Source: an uncultured Bacteroidales bacterium (lineage in GTDB: Bacteria > Bacteroidota > Bacteroidia > Bacteroidales > CAZJDA01). From it: a stretch of 64,000 nt of DNA. The DNA is taken from the NCBI GenBank assembly GCA_964544705.1, contig CAZJDA010000004.1:8495-72494 (forward strand), given 5' to 3'. Positions 29,862-37,468 of this stretch are shown here, one piece after another. A program made the position numbers and the translations under genes. How positions within the stretch are numbered: position 1 is the first letter of the stretch; every line of letters begins with the position of its first letter. Under the pieces are notes generated by a model that was not told where the DNA came from, did no database searches, and saw nothing but the letters and a program-made list of their open reading frames with translations.

Positions 29862-30206
29862 ATGGATAAAAATGACAATTCTGAACAAAAATTACCGGAA
29901 AACGCAAAGGATATCGTTCTTGTTGAAAATGCCGAATATAGAACACATTATTCCAATAAATACAAGAACAAAAAGAAATATATCCCTAACAATCCTAAGT
30001 ATGTAATTGCTTTTATGCCGGGCACTATAGTAGATGTTTTCGTAAAGAGTGGTAGCAAAGTAAAAAAAGGAGATAGCATGCTGATATTGGAAGCAATGAA
30101 AATGAAAAACATAATCTTTGCTGAAATGTCAGGAACCGTGAAAAAAGTGCACGTAAAGGTTGGTGATCGCATACCCAAACAACAGTTACTGGTTGAAATG
30201 AAATAA
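29862..30206 (+). CDS. Biotin carboxyl carrier protein-like (biotinyl/lipoyl domain)
   Basis: 114 aa. LILEAMKMKNII contains the E-A-M-K-M biotinylation motif within a C-terminal ~70-aa biotinyl domain. Confidence 0.8.
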   Translation: MDKNDNSEQKLPENAKDIVLVENAEYRTHYSNKYKNKKKYIPNNPKYVIAFMPGTIVDVFVKSGSKVKKGDSMLILEAMKMKNIIFAEMSGTVKKVHVKVGDRIPKQQLLVEMK

Positions 30207-30217
30207 TATTTTACATT

Positions 30218-30246
30218 AAGGCTGCCAGCGGCAGCCTTTTTTATTT
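30218..30246 (+). terminator. Rho-independent terminator after the BCCP gene
   Basis: AAGGCTGCC-agc-GGCAGCCTT followed by a T-run. Confidence 0.7.
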
Positions 30247-30542
30247 TAGAATTCATTGGATTTATCACCGCCTTATTATTCATTATGAGCTATTAAGCAC
30301 AAATTTAGAATTTTTGCCTTTATACTGAATCCTTGTTTTTTTAGTTACAGTTCCTGTACTGGTAACTTGTGTTAATTGGCATGGCAGGTTTATAGTCCCC
30401 CTTATCCCTATTTGGATTATTTTTGGAGGTCATGGATTGTATAGAACCTATCACTTTATATTCAATAAACTAAGAAGGCGGGTTTAGGTGCTCTATAGTA
30501 AGTAGCTCAAAAATAGCATATTGGGTATTGCCATATTTGTTT

Positions 30543-31289
30543 TTATTCCCCTTTGCTTTTTCTGAAAAAATCGGCAACTTCTTTCTCTTCAGATTTTAAT
30601 GCTTCCTCTAAACTGCCTTGGAAGATAATTTTTCCTTCGCCTAAAAAGATGATTTTATCGGCAAGCCTTTTGATACTTGGAACTTCGTGGGTAATCATTA
30701 CAATGGTAATACCCATTTGTTCTTTCAGGTTTAAAATGAGGTTATCTAAATTAGCCAGGGACACCGGGTCAAGGCCGGCGCCGGGTTCATCACAAAACAA
30801 TAGGGGAGGGTCCATGATGATAGCCCTTGCCAGGGCTGCTCTTTTAAGCATTCCCCCGCTGAGTTCTGATGGGTATAAATAAAAAGCATCCTCCAAGTCA
30901 ACAAGGCCAAGTTTCATCCTAACAATCTCATTAATCAAGTATGGTGGTAAATCAGTATGTTGTTCCAATGGCAAGGCAATATTTTCTCCTACAATATAAG
31001 AATTAAGTAAGGCGCCGTTTTGATAAAAAACCCCCATCTGTAAATATAAATCTTTGAATTGTTCTTCATCAATTTGTTTAATTTTTTTTCCTAAAACTTC
31101 AACATCTCCTTTTGTCACAGGCAAAAGGCCAAGCAAATGCTTCAACAAGGTGGTTTTTCCTGACCCGCTTCCGCCAAGTATTATGGTTATTTCTCCTTTT
31201 TTTGCGGTAAAATCTACATCAGCAAGAATGGTTTTTTCTCCAAAACCTGCATAAAGCCCTTTTACTTGTATAATGTTCTCGTTTTCCAT
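30543..31289 (-). CDS. mlaF: ABC transporter ATP-binding protein, MlaF-like
   Basis: 248 aa. Walker A GGSGSGKTT, signature LSGGMLKRAALARA, Walker B LLFCDEPGAGLD. It sits downstream of the MlaE/MlaD-like genes. Confidence 0.8.
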   Translation of the reverse strand: MENENIIQVKGLYAGFGEKTILADVDFTAKKGEITIILGGSGSGKTTLLKHLLGLLPVTKGDVEVLGKKIKQIDEEQFKDLYLQMGVFYQNGALLNSYIVGENIALPLEQHTDLPPYLINEIVRMKLGLVDLEDAFYLYPSELSGGMLKRAALARAIIMDPPLLFCDEPGAGLDPVSLANLDNLILNLKEQMGITIVMITHEVPSIKRLADKIIFLGEGKIIFQGSLEEALKSEEKEVADFFRKSKGE

Positions 31290-31296
31290 AAATGTT

Positions 31297-32412
31297 TTAG
31301 TAAAAGATCAATCCCATAATACTATCAGCAACAATAACAAGAGCAATAGCAACCACCACAGAAGTTGTAGTTACTTTACCTACACCTTCTGCACCTTTAT
31401 CGGCATTAAAGCCATAAAAACTGCCTGTGAGTACGATTATAGCGGCAAAAACAAAGCTTTTAGATACTCCTGTAATGATATCCTTATTGTAAAGGGACTC
31501 TCCCATTCTATTAATAAAAACTTCAGGGGTTAAACCTAAGCTCATGTAAGCTGTAAGCATACCTCCAGTGATTCCTAGCATGTCCGCAATGAGTGTAAGA
31601 ATGGGTAAGGTTAACAAACAACCATACATTTTAGGGACAACAACAAACCTTAGCGGGTTTAATCCCATAGTTCTCAGCGCATCAAGTTCGGAGGTAACTT
31701 TCATTGTAGCTATTTCGGCTGCAATAGATGAGCCGCTTCTGCCCGCCACGAGGATGGCGGTTATTAATGGCCCCATTTCGGTCATCATGGCTAAAACGGT
31801 TAGGTCTACAATATATATATCTGCCCCAAAATTCCTAAGCTGGTTAGCCGATTGCAGCGCCAAAACCAACCCGATAATGAAAGCCATAGCCCCTACAATC
31901 AATACGGCATTTACCCCAATAAGTACGGCTTGGTTTACGGTTTCTCCTTTACGCCTTGCACCTTTATTGAATATATCATTAAAAGACCAGTAAAAAACAT
32001 TGGCTGTTAATTGCATAAACTCCAGGAAGTAATTTTTATAAATATTCTTTGCGGTTTCTCCAACACCTTCCATCAAACCTTTTTTATCAATAGCTTGTGG
32101 AGTCGCTTTTTTACTGGTTTTAAAAAGGTCTAATTTTTTCTTAATTTCACGAGAGCCCCCAATAATATAAGTATCTATTTTTTTTTCTTTGGCTTTTTTC
32201 TCTATGTAATAAATGCTTACAACACCGGAGCTGTCTATATCTTCTAACCCATCAAGGTCTATATTAAGGGTTTTGTGGGGGTATTTTTCAAATTTTTTGA
32301 GAACTTTTTTAGTAAAGTTACCGGTATTATCTAATTTTATAACCCCTTTTAAATATAGGGTTTGTCCTGCTAAGTTGAATAAGTCTATATGTTCTTTTTT
32401 CTTTTTTACCAT
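31297..32412 (-). CDS. mlaE: MlaE-like ABC permease with an N-terminal STAS (MlaB-like) domain fusion
   Basis: 371 aa. The first ~110 aa (LYLKGVIKLDNTG...LDGLEDIDSSGVVSIYYIEKKAKEKKI...) look like a STAS/anti-sigma-antagonist fold. The rest (GAMAFIIGLVLALQSA.QL..FGA...V..L...A...EMGPL.TAILVAGRSGS..AAEI..M) is the MlaE/YrbE permease signature. Confidence 0.8.
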   Translation of the reverse strand: MVKKKKEHIDLFNLAGQTLYLKGVIKLDNTGNFTKKVLKKFEKYPHKTLNIDLDGLEDIDSSGVVSIYYIEKKAKEKKIDTYIIGGSREIKKKLDLFKTSKKATPQAIDKKGLMEGVGETAKNIYKNYFLEFMQLTANVFYWSFNDIFNKGARRKGETVNQAVLIGVNAVLIVGAMAFIIGLVLALQSANQLRNFGADIYIVDLTVLAMMTEMGPLITAILVAGRSGSSIAAEIATMKVTSELDALRTMGLNPLRFVVVPKMYGCLLTLPILTLIADMLGITGGMLTAYMSLGLTPEVFINRMGESLYNKDIITGVSKSFVFAAIIVLTGSFYGFNADKGAEGVGKVTTTSVVVAIALVIVADSIMGLIFY

Positions 32413-32423
32413 TCAAGCTTTTT

Positions 32424-33044
32424 TTATTGATCTTTATCTTGGAAATGGCTCTTGATCTTGTTATTGAAATTCTTAAGCGATTCGTAAAACATTTTGCTGG
32501 TGTTTTCGGCAAAAAGGTTTAGGTTTTTTTCCGCTAAAGGTATGGTTTTATCAGTCCTATATGAGATAATTGTTTTCCTTGTCTTATTGTGTTCTAAAAT
32601 AAATTCAATTCCCAAGTGGGCAGCAAGGTCTTTATTTTTATTTATAACTTCAATTTGGAAAATGGATGTTTTGAGCTTGTATTTGGGTAATATTTCCCAA
32701 TACCTTGATGCAATACCTTTAAAAGTGCCTGTTTTTTCAAAAAATTCTACCGTGATATCGGAGAAATATTCTTCAGGCCTCACTGCCCATTCGTGGTAAG
32801 CATAATATTTTATTTCGTTAGATTTACTCCTGTTAGCGATTTTACGTGTGGCAAAAGCTGGGTAAATATTGGTTTTTTCTATTTCGCAATACTCATTCAC
32901 TATCACAGACGTGTCTTTGATATAATCTTTAAGTGCTTCTTCCGGCATTTCAATAACGTAATACTTATTAACCGTTGCATTTTGGCTGCCACAACCTTGT
33001 GCTAAAAAAAATATCACGATAAATGCAAAAAAATAATATTTCAT
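32424..33044 (-). CDS. Lipoprotein, possible ABC-transport auxiliary component (PqiC/DUF330-like)
   Basis: 206 aa with a lipobox (FLAQGCGS). It sits between the MCE and permease genes with 3- and 11-bp gaps. The assignment rests mainly on context. Confidence 0.45.
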   Translation of the reverse strand: MKYYFFAFIVIFFLAQGCGSQNATVNKYYVIEMPEEALKDYIKDTSVIVNEYCEIEKTNIYPAFATRKIANRSKSNEIKYYAYHEWAVRPEEYFSDITVEFFEKTGTFKGIASRYWEILPKYKLKTSIFQIEVINKNKDLAAHLGIEFILEHNKTRKTIISYRTDKTIPLAEKNLNLFAENTSKMFYESLKNFNNKIKSHFQDKDQ

Positions 33045-33047
33045 GGT

Positions 33048-34052
33048 TTAGTTTTTTAGTTGTTCATCAGGGACATTTTTTGTTTTTGAACCGCGTATTA
33101 AGATGGAAGGGTTGGAGTTGATTTTCCTGGATGCTTCATTTAAATTTTCTAACGTATATTTTAGTAATTGCAGGTTTTTCTTTAAGTCTTCACTGCTTTG
33201 GTCAAGGTCGCTATCAATATTGATAAGGAGTTTTTGTGTTTGAGCGGCAACAATAGAGAAGTTTTCTATCAGCTTTTTAAGATTTGTTTTCTTAAGTGTA
33301 TAGGAGATATCTTTCGTGTTTGCGAGGATCTGGTTAAGGGTGTCTCCTTCCAAAATGTTATTGATGTTTGTGAGGGCTTTTTTAAGTTGAGTACCTGAAA
33401 CATTAAGTTTCTCAGTTACTTCATGAGCCGTTGTTATCGTTTGATGAATCTCTTCACTATTGTCATCTATCAGGTTATTAAACTTTGCAAGGGTCACTTT
33501 TCCACGTTGGGCAAATGAATGTATCTCATCAGCCATATCTGTGATTTTTTCGAGTTTTTCTTTCTTGGTAAAGTCTATGAGGTTATTCAGTATCATTTCT
33601 ACTTTTTCTGCAATCACTTCAGCTTTACCTGTAATGTCCTCGGTAAATGAAGAGCCAGCCTGGATAAATTCCTTCTTTTTTAGAAAATCAGCTTCGTTAC
33701 TTCCACCTCTAATTTCAATGGCTTTTAACCCTGTAATACCCTGCGAGACAATATTTGCCTTAGCATCTTCTTTTATTGGTGTGCCGGGCTTAAGAGATAA
33801 TTCAATTATTACCCGGCTGATATCATCTTTGTCAATCTTAATATCTGAAATAGACCCTACTTTGATTCCAAGGTATTTTACAGGGCTGCCTACCTCTAAT
33901 CCGCTAACCGATACATCTTTATAAGATACATAATACGTATCGGATTTTTCAAAGAGTTCTTGGGCTGTGAAAAAGCCCACTAAAATGATTAGAATGCTGA
34001 ATCCTACGATGATAAATATCCCAAGGCGAACTTTCTGCGATCTTTTTCTCAT
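33048..34052 (-). CDS. mlaD: MCE-domain protein (MlaD-like) with a long C-terminal coiled coil
   Basis: 334 aa. An N-terminal TM anchor is followed by the MCE core (YYVSYKDVSVSGLEVGSPVKYLGIKVGSISDI...) and ~180 aa of helical heptad-like sequence. Confidence 0.8.
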   Translation of the reverse strand: MRKRSQKVRLGIFIIVGFSILIILVGFFTAQELFEKSDTYYVSYKDVSVSGLEVGSPVKYLGIKVGSISDIKIDKDDISRVIIELSLKPGTPIKEDAKANIVSQGITGLKAIEIRGGSNEADFLKKKEFIQAGSSFTEDITGKAEVIAEKVEMILNNLIDFTKKEKLEKITDMADEIHSFAQRGKVTLAKFNNLIDDNSEEIHQTITTAHEVTEKLNVSGTQLKKALTNINNILEGDTLNQILANTKDISYTLKKTNLKKLIENFSIVAAQTQKLLINIDSDLDQSSEDLKKNLQLLKYTLENLNEASRKINSNPSILIRGSKTKNVPDEQLKN

Positions 34053-34064
34053 GGTAAGAAATAT

Positions 34065-34598
34065 TTACTTTTTTTGTTTTAGTAATACACTGATTGAAGA
34101 AATCATCGTCATAGCGCCATATATAATTGCAAAAATACCTATTACGGCTGTAACTGCTGATGCACTGCCAAAAGGGTTTACCAGTAAAATAAGCCCAAAG
34201 AGTATGGTTAAAAAATTCTTAATCATAACAATATCAGTAATCTTCGTTTTTCTTTTCCATGCCACCCAAAAATTAAATACACCTACAGCTAATGCCATAA
34301 AACCAATAAAAACAAAAAATACGTTCACCACCAATTTGGGGTTTATAAGAAACAATAATCCTAAAGCAATTTCTATTACTCCACTGAAAAGCCAGAAAGA
34401 AGAGGATATATCCTTATGTTCCTTTTTCAAGGCCTTGGTAACCAAGAATATTCCGGTTATCATAATAACTACACCAAAAATCCTAATGATAGTTTGTAAT
34501 GTGATGCCAGGGTTGAAAAGTGTTAAGATTCCAAGTAATAAGAGTAGCGCTCCTTGTAATAGTAACACCCAGGGGTTAAATATGATTTTTTTATTCAC
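34065..34598 (-). CDS. HdeD/DUF308-like small polytopic membrane protein
   Basis: 177 aa with about six TM helices and repeated G-rich helix pairs. The N-terminus NPWVLLLQGALLLLLGILTLFNP is typical of DUF308. Confidence 0.55.
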   Translation of the reverse strand: MNKKIIFNPWVLLLQGALLLLLGILTLFNPGITLQTIIRIFGVVIMITGIFLVTKALKKEHKDISSSFWLFSGVIEIALGLLFLINPKLVVNVFFVFIGFMALAVGVFNFWVAWKRKTKITDIVMIKNFLTILFGLILLVNPFGSASAVTAVIGIFAIIYGAMTMISSISVLLKQKK

Positions 34599-34646
34599 GA
34601 TTGCTTGTTTTTATGGGTTTAAAATGATAAAGATAAAAATAAATTT

Positions 34647-35126
34647 TTACTTATTTTTATCTTTATCTTGATCTTTTGGTTTTTCTTTTTCCTCTGTCTT
34701 TTCTTCTATGCTTTCTTTTTCTTTTTCAACCGCCATGTTACCTGCAATTGCATCCAATTTTTCTTGTAAGGATTTAAAAGTTTCGGCATTTTTATTAGCC
34801 TCTGAGGCTTGCATGTTAAAAAGTACTTCTTTCAGTTTGTAAATTTCCAGGTCTTTTTCCAATAAAGTAATCTTTGTTTTGGTGTCCTTCTCTTTCCCGG
34901 TGTTTTTTAAATCGGAAAAATGATTGATGTATTTTATTACAATCAAAAAAATTAACCCGAGAATAAAGAAAAATACAAATGGATATCCTCCAACTGTGGC
35001 AAAGCCTAAATGGGTATTCAGTTTCACCTTGAAAACATCCCAATTAAAGGCTGCATAGTAAATCCATACAAATATCCATAAAATGAGAATAATATTGATT
35101 GTTGATTTAAGTTGAGATTTTTTCAT
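34647..35126 (-). CDS. Hypothetical two-TM membrane protein with a C-terminal coiled coil and acidic/lysine tail (LapA-domain-like topology)
   Basis: 159 aa with two hydrophobic helices, then LLEKDLEIYKLKEVL...EKLDAIAG and a KE-rich tail. Confidence 0.5.
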   Translation of the reverse strand: MKKSQLKSTINIILILWIFVWIYYAAFNWDVFKVKLNTHLGFATVGGYPFVFFFILGLIFLIVIKYINHFSDLKNTGKEKDTKTKITLLEKDLEIYKLKEVLFNMQASEANKNAETFKSLQEKLDAIAGNMAVEKEKESIEEKTEEKEKPKDQDKDKNK

Positions 35127-35227
35127 ATCATTTTTTTTTAAATTCGTAAATCAAGTAAAAACCTTGTATTGTATTGTATTGTTTGTTACGAGTAGATGTT
35201 AAAAAAGATACACTCTTTTTTAAAAAA

Positions 35228-35281
35228 GTGTCATGACATATGAAACCTGGATGATTTCACATTATCAATATGTCATGACAC
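35228..35281. repeat. Perfect 14-bp inverted repeat pair sharing the terminal motif of the REP/MITE-like repeat family (minimal copy C)
   Basis: GTGTCATGACATAT (35228-35241) and ATATGTCATGACAC (35268-35281) are separated by 26 bp. GTGTCATGACATATGAAA matches the reverse complement of the copy A end (GTGTCATGTCACATATGAAA). Confidence 0.6.
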
Positions 35282-35304
35282 GATTAAACTAAATGGATTG
35301 GTAA

Positions 35305-35787
35305 TTATTTATCTTCCTCTTTTTGCGAGATTTCCAAGATTTCTTTATCAATATCTTCGAGCTGTTTCATTAGTGAAGATACTTTTCCTGCTGCAAGGAA
35401 ATTTTCAGGGATCATATTATCATTGTTTTTCACGGCCAAGTAAAAATTCATTCCTAATTGGGATGCAATCCTTTTTTTCTCGTTATTGAGTTTGTTAATT
35501 TCGTATTTATCCCGGTATTTTTCTGCAAATGCTTGGGCATTATTTACAGCATCCTTGGTAAATTCAGAACTTGTTTTAAAGGCTTCTGTGGCTGTATCTT
35601 TTACTTTGCCAAATATTTTTTCTGAATACGAGGCAATTTTTTCACCAACATTTTTTGCTTCTTCTCCAAATAGGCGGGCTCCTTCTGTTACATTTTCCTT
35701 GGCTTCATCCCAAAAACTACTGTCTTCTTTTTTGTTGTTTTGTGTATTTTGGCCTGTATTGTTTTTTTTGTTTTCTTCTGTTGTCAT
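35305..35787 (-). CDS. Hypothetical soluble helical protein (amphipathic K/E/A-rich helices)
   Basis: 160 aa with no TM segment and no family motif that I recognise. It is co-oriented within the coiled-coil cluster. Confidence 0.5.
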   Translation of the reverse strand: MTTEENKKNNTGQNTQNNKKEDSSFWDEAKENVTEGARLFGEEAKNVGEKIASYSEKIFGKVKDTATEAFKTSSEFTKDAVNNAQAFAEKYRDKYEINKLNNEKKRIASQLGMNFYLAVKNNDNMIPENFLAAGKVSSLMKQLEDIDKEILEISQKEEDK

Positions 35788-35826
35788 AGTTTTATGAATT
35801 TTAATGTTAATAATTGTTTTTTGGTT

Positions 35827-37230
35827 TTATTGATTGGCTTTTCTTTTTTTCATACTTCTGCGTCCTAATAAATAAAGGACACCAAGTACAATCAAACCCA
35901 GTATTATTAGGGTAACAACTGTTTTAGTAGCTGCACTTACTTTCTCTGATCTTTTTGCTTCCAACATGGCTTGTTTTTTAGAAAGCGCTTGTTGTTCCGA
36001 GGCTATTTGTTGCTTCAGTTTTTCAATGTTTTCGCGCTTGCTTTTTATTTCATTCTCTATCTCCTGAAGCATATTTGCCCCTTTTACTGTTGTATCAATC
36101 TCTGATTCGGTGATGTCAACAGTCTTTTTTTCTTCATGCAAAACTGTTTCTTTGCCGGAAAGTTCTGCTTCTTCCTCTTCTAAAGCCGACTTTTCGGCAA
36201 GAATCTCAGAAAGTTCTTTGCTTTTGACTATCTCAATGCCCTCATCAATATTGGATAATTTTTTATCTATATCCGTTTTCTTTTTGTTAAGTTGTTCTTG
36301 AATTTTTTTTAGTTTAGTTGCTTCGCTTTCAATATTTTTCTTTTCTTTGCTAAGCCTCTGCGTTTCCTTGTCGGTAAATTCAGCAATTATGTCGTTTTTG
36401 CCGTATTCTTCCTCCATCATCCTGCTAAGCTTGTTGTGAAGCTGGTTAACATCATTTAACCAACTTTTTAGTGTGCTGATAGTGCTTTCGGCAGATCGTA
36501 TTTTGTTTTTTTCTTCTTGTATCTCACCTTCTATCTCGCTGATCTTTAGGTTGTACTTTTCAAGCTCCGTATCATCGCCACTGCCTTTAAGAACACTATT
36601 TTTTTCTCTTAAATAAATATTTTTTTCATCTTTAAGAATTTCTATCTTCTTTTCTGCAAGTTCCTTTTTCTGCTCATTGATCTCAATTTCTTTTAACTTA
36701 ACGAGGCGTTGGTCTTCAATTTCATCAAGTTTTGTATCAATTTCATCAACCCCGGTTATTAACTTACGCTTGGCTTTCTTTTTTTGTTGGGTAAGTTGTT
36801 TTTCTTGCACATCGATGGTGTCTTGTTTCATTTCCAAGCTGGCGAGCCTTTCCTTTACCTCCTCCAAGCTATCATTAACATTTGTTAAGGTGTTTTTCAA
36901 CGCCTTTTTCTTTTGCTCCAATTCGGCCTTTTTTTCTTCCTTTAAGGATTTGGCAAATTTTACCTGCCTGTCCTCGAGTTCTTGAACCTCATTTTCAATG
37001 TTTTTTTTCCGTGATACAAGTTTGGTTTGTTCCCCTTCTAATGAATCTTTTACTTTTTTAAGCTTATCAAAAACTTCTTCAACAGATTGTTGTTCTTTTT
37101 CCAAAGCCTCCGTTTGTTTGCCAAGTAATTTTTGGGCTTCTTTTTTTGATTTATCACTTGAACAACTACTTAATACAAGTATAAAAATTAGTAGCATTGC
37201 ACTCGTTAACACATAATGTTGTTTTTTCAT
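35827..37230 (-). CDS. Long coiled-coil protein with an N-terminal lipoprotein signal and a C-terminal TM anchor
   Basis: 467 aa. MKKQHYVLTSAMLLIFILVLSSC lipobox, then ~400 aa of nearly continuous K/E/L/Q heptad-like sequence, and a C-terminal VVTLIILGLIVLGVLYLLG followed by RRSMKKRKANQ. Confidence 0.6.
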   Translation of the reverse strand: MKKQHYVLTSAMLLIFILVLSSCSSDKSKKEAQKLLGKQTEALEKEQQSVEEVFDKLKKVKDSLEGEQTKLVSRKKNIENEVQELEDRQVKFAKSLKEEKKAELEQKKKALKNTLTNVNDSLEEVKERLASLEMKQDTIDVQEKQLTQQKKKAKRKLITGVDEIDTKLDEIEDQRLVKLKEIEINEQKKELAEKKIEILKDEKNIYLREKNSVLKGSGDDTELEKYNLKISEIEGEIQEEKNKIRSAESTISTLKSWLNDVNQLHNKLSRMMEEEYGKNDIIAEFTDKETQRLSKEKKNIESEATKLKKIQEQLNKKKTDIDKKLSNIDEGIEIVKSKELSEILAEKSALEEEEAELSGKETVLHEEKKTVDITESEIDTTVKGANMLQEIENEIKSKRENIEKLKQQIASEQQALSKKQAMLEAKRSEKVSAATKTVVTLIILGLIVLGVLYLLGRRSMKKRKANQ

Positions 37231-37468
37231 TTTTTAAACTCCTTTTCTTGATTAATTAAAAATTATTAAGATGTAAATTTTTTGTCATAAAAATGGTAAT
37301 AAAATATCTTTATGCAAAACAGGGGTAATATAAGGAAAAATAATGAGAAAAACAAATTTTTTTATAAATCTCTTTAGGTGGATTTATATATATAAAATAT
37401 TGTATATTCGTTTTTCGTTCCTGTATTCAAATGCAAATAATGTTAAACATATTAAATAATAGGCAATT

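Noticed and set aside
30329-30486. 52-codon open frame (..VTVPVLVTCVNWHGRFIVPLIPIWIIFGGHGLYRTYHFIFNKLRRRV) that looks like the C-terminal end of a polytopic membrane protein, possibly a gene remnant
   Set aside because: It has no start codon and no upstream continuation (a stop lies at 26 nt upstream), and I cannot tie it to a family without a database search. It is recorded only as a possible relic in the 336-bp spacer.
33967-34671. 234-aa plus-strand ORF antisense to the HdeD-like gene, and similar antisense ORFs such as 47781-48449 (222 aa, opposite pseB), 28328-28762, 31568-31993 and 33460-33924
   Set aside because: Each lies opposite a gene with strong family motifs (MCE, MlaE, PseB, carboxyltransferase). 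Their sequences are low-complexity mirror frames typical of AT-rich genomes.
35164-35187. Pentanucleotide microsatellite (TTGTA)x3 followed by TTGTTTGTT, considered as a possible phase-variation tract or CRISPR-like repeat
   Set aside because: It has only three units, lies in an intergenic spacer and has no spacer/repeat periodicity. That is too short to support slipped-strand regulation or any array.
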